Counted from the stretch's first letter, positions 12,090 through 25,016 are shown. The stretch is DNA of 64,000 nt from Lingula anatina (GCA_051362555.1 CM120640.1:69666788-69730787), one strand, 5' to 3'. Numbers and translations are program-made. The notes: generated from the letters alone by a model not told the origin.

Positions 12090-12572
12090 ATAAAAATCCT
12101 CTGACGGTTTTGAGATAGGATAGGCCGTACTCATGCATGAGCATCAAATGCTGACTCAACGGTTAGCTTAAATCAATACCTACATGAAGATTGTGTAATG
12201 AAAATTTTAGTTACCACGTGGACTGTTGTTTTAAGTTGATAAATGTTTACCCTCTACCAGGGCGACTGATAGATTTTTACGGATATTCACAGATATGTCT
12301 CTAGCTAGATAGATTGTCATTTTAACTCTAAGTCAGTTAAAATGACAATCTATCTAGCTAGAGACATATCTGTGAATATCCGTAAAAATCTATCAGTCGC
12401 CCTGGTAGAGGGTAAACATTTATCAACTTAAAACAACAGTCCACGTGGTAACTAAAATTTTCATTACACAATCTTCATGTAGGTATTGATTTAAGCTAAC
12501 CGTTGAGTCAGCATTTGATGCTCATGCATGAGTACGGCCTATCCTATCTCAAAACCGTCAGAGGATTTTTAT
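12090..12572. repeat. Long perfect inverted repeat (238-bp arms, 7-nt loop) centred on a MITE
   Basis: 12090-12327 reads as the reverse complement of 12335-12572, with loop ctaagtc; an extra MITE right arm follows (12573-12668). Confidence 0.92.
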
Positions 12573-12672
12573 GATATGTCTCTAAGTCAGTTAAAATGAC
12601 AATCTATCTAGCTAGAGACATATCTGTGAATATCCGTAAAAATCTATCAGTCGCCCTGGTAGAGGGTATGAT

Positions 12673-13284
12673 TGTTGGGGGAGATTTATGTGCCTCTTCA
12701 TTGATTTAATATATTTATGATCAGTGTACCATTTCTATGGACATTTGCAGTATCAATAAGTTCCGATGGGAATCAGAGAAAGGTAGGAAACGTTCATACC
12801 CTCCCTCTCACGCCCCCTGGGTTAGAATGACATCGGCCTTTTTGTTATGCAGTGGGCTCACCTCAATCTGAGCTGAAGACTTAGGATTCAGGAGACGCTT
12901 TCAGCTCGAGGCTCCTATTTAGCGAGTTTCACTCTCTATGGTACTGGAGCGGTTGGTTGTTTCTGTTCACGCCGGTACAGGGTTTACGCCGTGTCGGAAC
13001 CCTAGGTTACCGTTGGCTGGCAGCACTCGGGGAATCTACCGTCTAGATTCTCGCAGGTACAGTGCACAGGGTTCGCGCCGTGTCGGAACCCTTCGTCGCA
13101 GACCGCACCGTAGTTGAGTGTCGACCTGTGTTCCTACGATTCCAGTACTCGGAACGGATGTTTCATTTTGGACATTAATGCACACACAGGACTTTTACTT
13201 ACTGGAACATTTTGTTTTGATGGACTTTAATAAACTTTACTCTTTATGTTGCTCGTTTCTTATTTGATCGGAACCTTTAAAACA
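12673..13284 (+). mobile_element. Probable solo LTR (BEL/Pao-like)
   Basis: tgtt...aaca ends, near-perfect 5-bp flanks atgat/atgac, GC-richer interior with an internal direct repeat (cagggtt..cgccgtgtcggaaccct x2), AATAAA ~55 nt before the end. Confidence 0.6.
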
Positions 13285-13425
13285 ATGACAGATCCTTATT
13301 TAATTACTGTAAACTGGACTTAAATAAAATCCGTTACAATAGCAACACAGATCTATGAGGCCTACATGACTACTGGTGTAACAAGAACACTTTTGTCATG
13401 TATGACAACTACGGAATTAGTCAGA

Positions 13426-13695
13426 CAGTGGCGGATTTAGATGGGGGGGGGGGAGTCAAGGGGTCCCTTCGATTTCTAAAAAAAAATCACACCAATGGTC
13501 CCCGCTTGAAATTATAATTTTGACTAGCTGAATCATACTGTAGTTCTAAACCGTACCAAATAGCACCGTTCGCCCTCTAAAATACCAATTTATTTCGGGG
13601 CCCTTAAGCGGCCCCGAACCCCACGCAAAGGGGGCGGAGGGTCGGCTTCGCGTCCGTGGACCCACCTGCTTCAAATGATCCTGGATCCGACCCTG
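13426..13695 (+). mobile_element. hAT-like MITE (cagtggcggat...ggatccgaccctg family)
   Basis: CAG...CTG termini with short TIR; homologous copies at 15131-15390 and, inverted, at 21793-22072. No clean 8-bp TSD seen. Confidence 0.65.
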
Positions 13696-14161
13696 GTCAG
13701 AGATAAAGGTCACAGTCTTTACTAGTTTCTCACTTATTCATAAAGTGGTGTAATGTTTACTTTCTGTTTGCTTAATATCCAGTTTACCCCAGTTTTGTCA
13801 AAGTTCAGATTTAATCTTGAAAAAACATCTTATCAATATAAATTACGATTTCTTGTTAACGTGAAACTTCTTCTAAGAAGAGCAATGAGGTTAATGCGTC
13901 ACTAAAATAGTGAAAGGACAAAGTGAAAGATATTTAACACACGTTAAATGCCTAACTTACAAAAAGCATGGATATGACTGTATTGTTAGTTTTAGTATGT
14001 ATTCACCCCCTAGCTACAACTAAAGATATAAGATAAAAGGACATGGGGGGGGGGGGGGGGCTAAAAACTCCTTGGTTGGACGAAATCTTTAAAAGCGGCA
14101 CCCTATTCAGGGAACGTGCCAGACATCGGACTATCATCAAACACACAAGGCTGGATTCCTG

Positions 14162-14310
14162 TACCCTCTACCAGGGCGACAGATTGATTTTCCACAGATA
14201 TTCACAGAAATGTCTTTAGATAGACGGTCATTTTAGTCTGTTGTCAGTCTATCTAGAGACATATCTGTGAATATCTGTGTAAAATCAATATGTCGCCCTG
14301 GTAGAGGGTA
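14162..14310. mobile_element. Tc1/mariner-like MITE (taccctctaccagggcga family)
   Basis: Nearly fully palindromic, TA ends. Confidence 0.8.
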
Positions 14311-15130
14311 GGATTCCTGCACGTGCACGTGCCATCACGTAGCCTCCCCCTATATCTCTCTCCGAGCTAAACTTGGATAAGTTATTTGATATAGTCCTGC
14401 AAATTAAGTTTATTTAATATACTTGTAAAGAAACGTAATGTCGCAGATTTGTATGATTAATTCAATTTATTAGACAAATATCCACAATTAATGGGATAGG
14501 ACAAACAATGGTATCACGAAAAGGTTACTCTTCATAAACAGTTTGAAGTCCATCCATTTGTCTAGAGCATGGGGTGGTAATCATTGGTCTTAAGTCCAGA
14601 TAATATACGGACACGTTTGTAGAAACTTAAAAAAAATGAAAAAGCCAAGGAGAGGCATTAAGCTTCCTTGCGTAATGTGAATTTCACGATCATATGTAAC
14701 TAATGGAGTTAAAATGTTATAAAATGTGTTATTATCAAGGCACACGATACATGCAATTATTAATCACGAAGTTAGCTTAAACTCGACACAAAAAAGTTGG
14801 CCCGAACCCTGTGCAGTCAAAGATAAGTTAATCTCATTACATTGACTGAAGCAATAAAACATAAAACTGGTGGATGTATTTGCATATCATTAAATTCGAC
14901 AGATTCGTGCAATAGATTATTAAATGAATGGAAAATGGGAAGTTTCAACAAACAAACTGACAGGTTTACTTGTAGCAACTGTTCCTTCGAAAAAGGCCCA
15001 AAGAAAAACGAGGGTGAAGTTTTTTCCTATTACAAGTCTGTCGCAAATTTCAACCATTTCAACCGCATTCAGGAACTGTCAGCAACGTTTTCTTCGGAAT
15101 ATTTTAGGGAAAACAAACCACATCAAAAAT

Positions 15131-15390
15131 CTGTGGCGGATTGGAGGGGGGGGGGTAAGTGGGGTCTTGACCCCCCCCCCCCTTCGATTTCTGAAAAAAA
15201 AAACACAAATGGTCCTCTCTTGAAATAAGACTTTGACTAGCTGAATCATAGTTCTGAACCGTACCAAATGGCACCGTTCACCCTCTAAAATGATCAAAAA
15301 TACCAAAATTTTAGGGGCCCCGGGCCCCGAACCCCACGCCAAAGGGGGGGGGGGAGTGTCGACGTCGCATCCGCGGACCCCCCTTCAAAT
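15131..15390 (+). mobile_element. hAT-like MITE copy upstream of the Ly6 B promoter
   Basis: Colinear with 13426-13695 (ccttcgatttct...gactagctgaatcata...ccccgaaccccacgc). Confidence 0.65.
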
Positions 15391-15735
15391 AAACCTGAAA
15401 ATTAGCATTGCGAAATCCTACCTTACCCTTGAAGACCCCATGCTAAACCCATAAACCACCTGATAATTTCCCAGCTGTGGAGTCCGTGTTTGAAGGAACA
15501 AAGTTTTTATACTGCTTTGCCATGTAACACGCTAAGATCTAATCTTCTTTTGGTAAAAAGAGGAATATAAAATATATTTATCAAATGAATTTAGAAAGAC
15601 GCATTTTCGGTTTTAGATAGTAGAAGAAATAGGAGTGAATGAATAGGCGTAACTTAAATTACGCGTCATAACGAAAACACATACGGACCGCGATGTGATT
15701 CGATTGGATGGCTGTTGTTAAGGGGCAACAGCGTG

Positions 15736-15769
15736 TATAAAAGGTCCACAGCAAGGAAAGGCGTCAGTT
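15736..15769 (+). promoter_or_regulatory. TATA box + initiator of Ly6 copy B
   Basis: TATAAAAG at 15736 and Inr TCAGTT at 15764-15769 (A is +30 from TATA), ~70 nt upstream of the ATG. Confidence 0.75.
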
Positions 15770-15836
15770 TGAGGACAAGGCGTGCCGATTAAGCAGAACC
15801 GAAACTTTGGAAGATTTCATTTACCATCTTGACAGG

Positions 15837-15897
15837 ATGACCAAGTTTTCCATTGTTGCTATTTTGCTCGTTGTTTGCTGGGTTTCTATCGATACAA
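15837..15897 (+). CDS. Ly6/uPAR three-finger GPI-anchored protein, copy B, exon 1 (signal peptide)
   Basis: ATG MTKFSIVAILLVVCWVSIDT + phase-1 donor a|gtaagt; hydrophobic signal peptide. Confidence 0.85.
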
Positions 15898-16941
15898 GTA
15901 AGTTTGAAAGCCTTCAGACTATGCTACTTTAGAGAAAATAACCTTTCAACAAGAGTAAACATTAGATTTGTAGGTGTAAAGCTGCCATATAGACTTATAA
16001 ACCTAAGATATTACTTGTCTCATAAATATATTTATAAAAATAACTTTTTGTTTTCTTGGCAAATAGCCATGCTTTGCTAATATTATGGGATATATACTGA
16101 AAGAGTAAAAAAAGAAGGATAGGGTTTGTAGAAAAAAAGATGCATAAAAGAAAATACAAGTAGTAAAAACATTTTATGCTAGATAAACATTTAGTGGACT
16201 ATTCTATTAAAACTAAATAAAGATAAAAATGATAAGGTTAACAAAAACACTTTTGCTAAAATTTATGACTCCAGGTTATAGTTGTAATTAATAGGAAGAC
16301 TTATAAAAATTAAAGTTCAATTTTGTTTTGTCGTGTATGGATGTTTGTTATGTGGAAATTGCAAGAAGTAGCCCCCTTTAGCAAGAGGCGCGTCAAAAGT
16401 AGGCCTGTAAGAAGCCTGTGCACGCCTTGAAAGTCATAACTGCAGTAGAAAAATAGAAGAATTATGTATCATTTATAAAGCTTATCTTTCATTATCTACA
16501 CTAAATAAGAAATGAGTAAGGCACAGTTTCAATTTAATATAGAAAATGAAAAGTTTAGTCTTAAAATATAATCAACAGACTACACAAATGAACTTCCATC
16601 AGAAAATTAAGTATAAGGTTTCCTTACCTCGTCGCCCACCGAATTAAACGCTTGCCGTTGGAGTCCTTCCCGAACCATAGGCGTTCTGCTCCCGCCTTTA
16701 TACAGTCCATAGCACAACGGAATCTAAATTTAATTCTAATGAGTAACTGAATTATCCTTTTAAAGATTTAAAAATTAAAATAAAATAAAATAAAGTCCCT
16801 TTTATTTAAATAAATTCCATTGTAAATAAACATAGTGTCTAAAGTACGTGGGAACCAAATAACGACAACGTCAGTTAAATAGATCAGTTTTCATTTTCTG
16901 TTATATGTGGTGAAATCTAGATTTGGTTTTTATGTACCTAA

Positions 16942-18303
16942 CCTGGCAGTACACATGGTTTTAGTCCCGACCTGTCTCGTCCGCCGGCTCAGCCGCCATG
17001 TCACCGTTACCGCTTCTCCTCCTAGACTTCAAGAGCCTATGTACCCTTCTCTTGGATTTAGGTCACATATAATCTCAACTCGATCCACGTAAATTTTGGG
17101 CTTTGTCGGTGCACTGGTCTAGGTGCTCGTCGCAATGCACCCTTGCCCAACATTTGCAAAATTAAATGCTAAATATCTCCCAAACCGAAGGAATTATGGG
17201 AAAAATTTATATAGATGGCTGGCCGAAAGCCATATGTGGAGATTTCAAATTTGCCCATGGATTTGCCCTTTGACCTTTATTTCAAGGTCAAACGGGCCAG
17301 AATTTTCTAAAAATGGGCTTTTGTCAGAAACTGCAGAGACCTAACCTATAATATTATGGGCAGCGAGAAGCAGCCATTAGATGCCAAAAATGAAACCTTT
17401 CTCTAATTCTGGAACCGTAAATGCTAGAGATCTCTTGTCTTTTGCATTTCTTAGAGCTTGTCAAGTACACAACTGGAAGTAGTGTTTGTTTGTTTTTTTT
17501 GTTTGTTTGTTTTCCATACGGTTTACGAGGTGTACATCAAAATGTACAACGTCGCAATGTTCAGTGGTGAAAATAAAACGGAAATAACTCCAAAATTAGC
17601 AGGGATATGTCCATATTGAACTTGAATAGAAAGTCATATTCTGACAATCCAGCTCTGACCTTGAAATTGACCTTTGGAATATTTTTCTCTATGAACTGAA
17701 CTTTGCAAATGTTCGGTCCCTTATATTTCCAAAACTAGCAGAGATATGTCCATAGTTACTATTGAACTTGAATAGGATGCTAACTGTGACCTTGAAATTG
17801 ACCTTTAACTTACTTTTCACCGTGAACTGAATTTTGCAAATTTTCTGTCCCTTATATCTCCTAAACTGGTCGAGATATGCACATAGTCACTGTTGAACTT
17901 GAGAAGGAAGTCATATCCTACTAATCTGTGACCTTGAAATTGACCTTTGGCCTTTTTTTTCACCATGAACTGAACTTGGCAAATTTTCTGTCCCTTATAT
18001 TTTCAAAACTGGCAAAGATATGCCCACAGATACTATTGAACTTCCTGTGACCTTGAATTTGACTTTCACGTACTTTTTGCCATGTGCTGCACTTCACAAA
18101 TTCGGATTTTACCTTTTACTTTCCCCATGATTTTGTTATAAATTGTAATCTTCAACAAAAAATTACTGCACTTTGTAAAGCTTGTCAAGTACTGAGTACA
18201 ATACTGGAGGTGGTGTCCCTTTTCTGTTTTCAATCGAATATGCGCTTATTCCAGCTGGTGGTACAATACCCGGAGGCGGTATCGCCCCTTTGATTCTCTA
18301 GTT
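16942..18303 (+). mobile_element. Helentron/DINE-1-like element, same intronic position as 1970-3115
   Basis: Same termini and flanks as the copy-A element; more 146-bp-type units retained (~17590-18060); 3' gctggtggtacaa + ggcggtatcgcc hairpin + ctctagtt. Confidence 0.7.
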
Positions 18304-18819
18304 AAAATGTGTAAAATGTCTGTTTTGATTCCTTTGATATCTAAATTGATATAGAAAAACAATTTCAAAAATTGCCCGAATTCTCTGATGCACAGTTTGA
18401 ACCGCATAATGGTTTTAGGACGTGTGATGGTCCCAGAAACATTCAAGGTTTGATGGCCTTTTTTGGAGGTTGCTTTTATGATTATTGCAAAATACATTTT
18501 ATTTAGCGTCTTACGTGGTCTGTCGGTGTCTAGGTCTACCGTTAAGATAAGGAATGTCTGCATTAAAGCCATATTTGACCCTTGGACTAGTTAGTCCCTA
18601 TTCTGAATGGGCTCAAACAGACATGCAACTCTTACTTCAATATTGCTTCTGATTTTTCCAATCAGCCTTCCACGCACATTCCGACGAACCAACCTAGCTT
18701 AGAACATCATCATATTTAACTATGTTCATAGGCTATCAGTACTACTACGAGGATTTCTTATTACATCTTTAACAGAGAGTAAATGGCGCATTAAAACAAA
18801 TGATTAATGTTTTTTTCAG

Positions 18820-18939
18820 CTAGCGCAGTGAAGTGTTACTCATGCACAAATTGTAACGACCCGTTTGATAAGGCTGCAAAGTCGGGTAAAACAACAGAGT
18901 GCCCCGCTGGCTGTCTTAAAACCAAGGCTGAGACTTCAG
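18820..18939 (+). CDS. Ly6/uPAR protein, copy B, exon 2
   Basis: ttttttcag| ... |gtgaga, 120 nt, phase 1/1: TSAVKCYSCTNCNDPFDKAAKSGKTTECPAGCLKTKAETS. CYxC..C.DPF is typical of quiver/sleepless-like Ly6 proteins. Confidence 0.9.
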
Positions 18940-19127
18940 GTGAGAGCGATAGCCTCTTAAATTTCACCTGAAAATAAAATATTGACATACCTTGTGTGTT
19001 TAATACTTTGATATGACAGTTAATACGCTTAAGTAGTCGAGGCAGTACAGCTTGTATGAAATCGTCATGACTGTCTGTTTTTGACAAATGCAGAATTCTG
19101 CAGAAGTTCTATTTTATCTGTTTGCAG

Positions 19128-19324
19128 AAGTCCAGACCGTCGCTCGCACATGTGCCGTTGCCGGCCAGACCAATGGTTGCCAGGAGGAGACTGCACAGGG
19201 TTTGAAGGGGATTGTGTGTGTGTGCAGCGGGGAACTTTGCAACGGCAGCGGCACAGTGTCCAGCAGTCTGCTTGTTATGGGACTGATGTCCACCTTCGCA
19301 GCATTCCTCCTCGGAAAGATGTAA
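19128..19324 (+). CDS. Ly6/uPAR protein, copy B, exon 3 (C-terminal LCN + GPI signal)
   Basis: tttgcag| EVQTVARTCAVAGQTNGCQEETAQGLKGIVCVCSGELCNGSGTVSSSLLVMGLMSTFAAFLLGKM*. Spliced protein is 125 aa with 10 Cys in the mature domain; AATAAA at 19536. Confidence 0.9.
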
Positions 19325-20483
19325 CAGAAAGAAAACGGCGGCCTCAGATAATCTTCTGCGATCAACATTTTTTGGTAGTTGGAACGTGAAATGTTTAGAA
19401 ACGATCGAAGTTTTGCAAACTCTCATTTTTCTTTTTATTCGTTTTTGAAATACTAAATAAGTAATTATATTTTTGTAATTATGTAGTAACAATTAATGTT
19501 ACACCTAAATGAAAGGTGGAAATTGCTGATATAGTAATAAAAATTATCAGTCTAACTGGATGTTGATTATATTTATTGATATCAGATATTTTCTCTACAC
19601 TTTGGACTCAAACTGGACGTGGGAATACTTACGCAGTTTTTCATTTTATTCCTTTGCCATCAGCGCTGGGAAAAGGAGAGAAATGAAAGGAGTATTACAT
19701 AAAATGCCATTATAAAGTGCACATATTATCACTAATTTTTTTAATTGGACTATTTCGTAGAAAAATTCTGTGTCCTTAACGTACGTTTACACTTTTCAGA
19801 ATTGTACAATAGTGAATGATGAATGAGACATGGTTCGGTGTGTCTGGGGATCCTCCCCCCCCCCTCCCACCACCACCATTTTGTTTTATAAGCTGGGCAG
19901 TGGGGAGATGGGCCATTCTACGGATATAATATTCCGTTAAAATACCGTCGGGGGTTAAGAAGAAACCAAGCCCAAACTCAAGCCCAAACTCGAGATGGCG
20001 CATTCAGTGCTACATGTACAGTAGGCCTACGAATGAATTTCGGTGGGGGATGCTTGGAGAACACGTATTAATACGAGGCGGAACCAGAGATATTTTTTTT
20101 TTTTTTTTTAAGTCTTTCAAGTACATTTCGTTTAAAAATCACTCCTCCCTTGAGTAATGAAGATGATTCCGCATACGACCACTTTTTTATTCACTCCCCC
20201 TTATTTTCTTTACATCTTTTACTTTGGGTGTGGTCGTGGTGCAGCCTCGAGCGGTGCGCCCCATGAGCCCCGGCTACACACCCAATCCCAATTAGGCGTA
20301 AATGAGGTCACAGGCATGCTCTTAAATATATTAAGTGCACAGATTGCAAACTATGTTTGATTATGTTAGGGTTCCACGTGAAGGATTTGGTATCGAAATT
20401 TCACCGTCTCCTGGAACCATGAATAATAAAAAATAATTAATCTTCTCACCCCAAAAAAGAACACCTACGTTACTGTCACACTA

Positions 20484-21515
20484 ACCCCATTCACACGAGA
20501 CACTTTCAATCGCGATTAAGCCCAAATCGCGATTCTATCGATGTAGGCTAAAGCTTCTAGTGTGAACGCAGTCGAGACGCCAAATCGATACAGCTGTGCA
20601 CAGCAGTCGGAGATCGGTACATTCCACTTGTTAGTTACGAACTACTACCTGGTTTTCACAAGGTCCTTCAAGACCTCTAAAACATCGTTGTAATTGCAGC
20701 CCATACCATAAAACACCCAAAAATACTTAGATATGGACATATCGGATTATATTAATGCCAAATTTCCACATGGCGACGATTTATAGACTCCCGGGAATTA
20801 TTTCCCCTTTACGCTTTTTGTCGCGCTGGCGGTCGACGCAGCATTTATTTCTAAACAAGTTGACCCGGATTAAGCACGATTTTGCACCTTGAAGTTCCGT
20901 GTCACGTTTTCATATCATGCATTTATTATTTCTACAAGTTTTCTCTGCCCAAAATGCGTAAAAAAAGAGAGTTATCTTACCATGTTGTTTAGAAAACTTC
21001 TTTTTCCTCCGACAACCCGTCTTCACTGCCGTTCACCTCTATGTTAAAATGACCACTCAGCTTCGTTTCTAACACCACTGCACGTCACTTCCGGCACAAT
21101 TCTGACCAATGCTGATCTTCTCCGGTTCCCTTTATTGAAACGAAACATTAGCTAAATACATCTATTCGCCGACTGGAAAGTGAAAGAAAAGAAACTGTCC
21201 ACGCAATTTCAAGTTTCTTAGCAGTCAGCAAAATGGCCACGAGGACGTACTGGTCTGAAAACTCAGTGGCAGCATAACTAAATATTTGGGCAGATGAGAG
21301 TATTAAACAGAAAATAACACCGTACACACCGAAAGCATGGTCTTGAAGGCAGCTACTGCGCATGATCAACAGGATATACCGTGACTCCCCTAGGGAGCGC
21401 AGTTGCAATTACCAGATCCAGCAAGGTAAATCGCGATTTCGTTTTTACATGTGTGAACGCAAAAAAGTGAATTTAGCTAAGCGCGTTAGAATCGCCATGT
21501 AGGTGTGAATGGGGC
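20484..21515. mobile_element. Non-autonomous TIR element (ccccattcacac family, Harbinger-like), possibly with a nested insert
   Basis: TIR ccccattcacac / gtgtgaatgggg; subterminal aatcgcgatt palindromes; related TIR at 45875-46434. Confidence 0.6.
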
Positions 21516-21792
21516 TAAAACGTCCAGCTGTGAAAACGTTTTTAATAATCTCTTTGAAAATTCGGTCACCACTGGTTTTGCTCTTTAATTTATCTCCTTC
21601 AAGCATAACGTTTGAAAAAATTATGAGAATCTTCTGTATAGAGCAATTAATTTTTTAGCGATTTAAGTTTGCTTGTCACTGAATAGGGGGGCTATTGTAA
21701 TAGGAAGGGGATACACGTAGGCTACCCTACTGACAGTAAAATAAGCATGAAATAAACTATTTTCCATTCGTGGTCCAAATATTTGTCTGTAT

Positions 21793-22072
21793 CAGGGGCG
21801 TATCCAGGATTATTTGAAGGGGGGAGGGGGGTCACAGATGCGAAGCCGACCCCCCCCCCTTGGCATGGGGTTCGGGGCCCGGTAAAGGGCCCCGAAAAAT
21901 TTTGGTATTTTACAGGGCGAGTGGTGCCATTAGGTACGGTTTAGAACTATGATTCAGCTAGTCAAAATTCTATATTCAAGAGGGGACCATTTGTGTGATT
22001 TTTTTCAGATATTGAAGGGGGGGGGGGGGGCAAAAAACCCCTGAACCTCCCCTCCCCTCAAATCGGCCACTG
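21793..22072 (-). mobile_element. hAT-like MITE, inverted copy
   Basis: caggggcgtatccagg...aatcggccactg; reverse-complement homolog of 13426-13695. Confidence 0.65.
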
Positions 22073-22213
22073 AGTATGCCTACAACCTCGTATTTATTCA
22101 CTTTTATTATGTTCTTTTTTATGCTTCAGCATGTGAATGTTTGGTGTAGGCCTACAGCGACTGCCCATACAACATCGTAAGAATTCGGTTGTAATTTATA
22201 TATTTCCCATGGC

Positions 22214-25016
22214 CAATAAGGTCGCGCGCGTTATACGTCACAGGTCTTGCGTTACTAGCCACGTGCTACGATTTTTCCCTTGGGGGGCAGCAAGCGGACA
22301 TTTTGTACAGGAGCAATGCAAAGATGGGTGAATACGATACGTTGTTTTTAACCGAAGACGATGTTACCGGGGAGAAACTGCCAACACCAAAAGTAAAGGA
22401 TCATGCCAACTTTGTTTTGGAACGATGTGGTTAGCCTGTCAGTGGCGAGTTGGGGAGAAAAGAGCAGCATTGATAGCAAGGTACTGTGTACACGTGAACC
22501 GGCAAAGTTAATGATAATTTCGTGTTGCAAAAGCATAATTAAATTTTTAAGTTATTTTCCAAATGATACTATTTGAATAGCAGATACACAGATCTTACTA
22601 ACAACAATGTAACATTTTGATGACATTGAAAATCAAAAGCTGATGTGCACGATAGTTTGAGGAGGACACGGCGACAGCAAGTTATGCATGAAATTTTGCT
22701 ATATAACACCATATCATATGCTTGTGTCGTTGATAACTCTGTGGTATTATTGCTATTATTGCTGCTCAAATTAATACCTGATATTATTTCTCAGGCTACC
22801 AAGTACATATCAACTCATTTTTGTGGCAGTTGACCATTACATCATGTGTGCAGGTTATTATTATTATCATTATTATTATTTGATCAAGCACATTTTGATA
22901 AAGTGGCCATGCTTTAACAAGAGAGAGTCAAAATTCATGCTGAATTTTAAAAGATTAAATCATCACTAGTATGTGCAATTAAAGCTATTTGATTATACAT
23001 ATTTGATTTTCAATTATATTGATTATGATATGCGGTTTCAGCCTTTTTTCTCTCGCCCTGAAATATAAATATATAACAAGTAAATTGATAGTGCTTTATT
23101 ACATTTTTGCTTTATACTTTCAGATGCAAAAACTGCGTAGAAGTTGGTGAAGCTGTAGAGATTGATGTGAGCATAGATCAGGGGAAATAGTATTAGAGAA
23201 ACTAGGAGGACAAGACATAGATAATGCACTAGTAGATCCATCATCACTGCAAGGGTAGTTTGTGTGATCCTGTCCCTGAAACTGTGCCACAAGTTTTCAG
23301 CTGTTTGAGTCCTTACTAAGACAAGCCGCTGCGGTGTGAATTGCAATATGTACATTCAGGTTATATGTGTCAGATTGATGACAAAAAAGACCTCCACAAT
23401 ATAATTCAAAGGAGTTATCCTTGCATCTATGCCTCATCAAAAGTACACAGTGACAGTGACTAGAACATTGTTTGCAAATAGTGAGGCAGTGAAGGCTGCA
23501 AAGTGCCATTGTTTTTCAGTATTAAGAATGACAGTATCTGTTTTCATTACTTATTCATTTTTAACTCACTTTGTTCTTTAAAATGCCCATTCAGTTTGAG
23601 GTTGGTGGCAATATATGGTAAATCTGTCATGCCTGTACACATGTATGTAGAATTTCTCTTGCTCAAATTTCTACATTTATTGAGGGCATTATGAGGTTTC
23701 CTGACTGATTAATGAGGTTACTTGTAGAAATATCTTGCCTACACACATTTTGTGAAATTTTTACTACTTTATACATATGATTATTTACATCTCATCATTT
23801 GTGTGTGAAAGGTACTTGGTATTTGCATTTTAGAACTGTACATTTGTGTACCAGCAGATTTATAATGCAGTAATATATGTTGATGTTTCTGAAAATAATA
23901 TTCATGTTTGATAATTAATTGGTTTGAAAAAAAATAACTCAAATAAAATTAATTCATTTTTTTTATTTTACGTAATCTGTTTTTATTATTTCTTATAAGC
24001 ATTTAATCATAACAACTCCCATGATGTCAATATACTGTTATTGTGTAATAATACTGAAAGGTTCCAAGTTTTTATGAACAGGTTGATGCTAACGTATTAC
24101 AAATAAATATAAGCATCACAGCATATTTCCTTACTGATATATATATCGGACGTACCACTGGTATAATACCGGTAGAGATACAGGTAGAGATGACAGCATT
24201 GATAACTGGGTTTACGGCGCTGTTAGTACAGCGTGGTTAGTGTCAGATTGTTATCTGATAAAGTTTGCTACTAGTTACTGGGAACAAAAGGTCTGGCACT
24301 GGACAATCAAGTTGATAAAATCACAAAAACGCCGGTAGAAAACAAAGCATACCTGCCCAACGTTGATTTGTTCAGATTCTTGACTAAGGGTGCGTTACAG
24401 GAGTCAAAGGCCAAGACTTAAACTAAGGCTCTGTTCCCATAGATTTTAGATCGCTCTATCCCCGCGGGGAGTCTCACTAGATTACTTTCAGATTATCCGA
24501 CTTAAATGTCCGTCTCGCCTACTACAAGCTGCAAGAGGGTAATTAACTTTCGTGTCCGCCCGGCTGACAGCTATTTAGCGTGAACCCCCAGGGAGTTAGG
24601 TCGATCTAAAGTAGGTCGATCTAATCTATGGAAATGGGGTGTTTGGGGGTTGGCATGTCACTGGACATTCCTCTCTATTTCTACCCAAATCTAATAAAGC
24701 CTCATTTGCTTAACTTTGGCCAAATTTCCAATATCTACAGGTTGTGTAGTTTAATGCTTCGGGATTCTCTGGCAGCGGTTAATGTTGGGGACACCTGTGC
24801 GCACCTAGACCCACTTTTGCCAGTGCCACATTCTCCATTGCCGTAAATATCAAATTTGTGAATAGAATGAGGAATAATGACAGTTATGAAAAATATTCGG
24901 AAGTACTTGTCACCTTCGTCACAGTAACCACATGGGCTGTGCTGCCCCCCCCCCCTCCACAGGCGACACCTTGCGGAGCAAGCAACTGAAAATAACCTTG
25001 TCGCGCGACCTTATTG
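22214..25016 (+). mobile_element. Decayed DNA transposon with SAP- and SWIM-like coding remnants (ISL2EU/Kolobok-type; superfamily uncertain)
   Basis: Perfect 15-bp TIR caataaggtcgcgcg / cgcgcgaccttattg. Broken frames: LTEDDVTGEKLPTPKVKDHANFVLER/WLACQWRVGEKRAALIAR (22324-22480, SAP-like) and KPLRCELQYVHSGY...FKGVILASMPHQKYTVTV...VKAAKCHC (23323-23512, SWIM lead-in). No TSD recognised. Confidence 0.55.
24429..24640. mobile_element. MITE (ttcccatagatt...atctatggaaatgggg family)
   Basis: Short TIRs; second copy in opposite orientation at ~26940-27161. Confidence 0.7.

Noticed and set aside
19109-19492. Minus-strand ORFs shared by both duplicates (7176-7436, 19114-19368)
   Set aside because: Antisense shadows of Ly6 exon 3 and its UTR.
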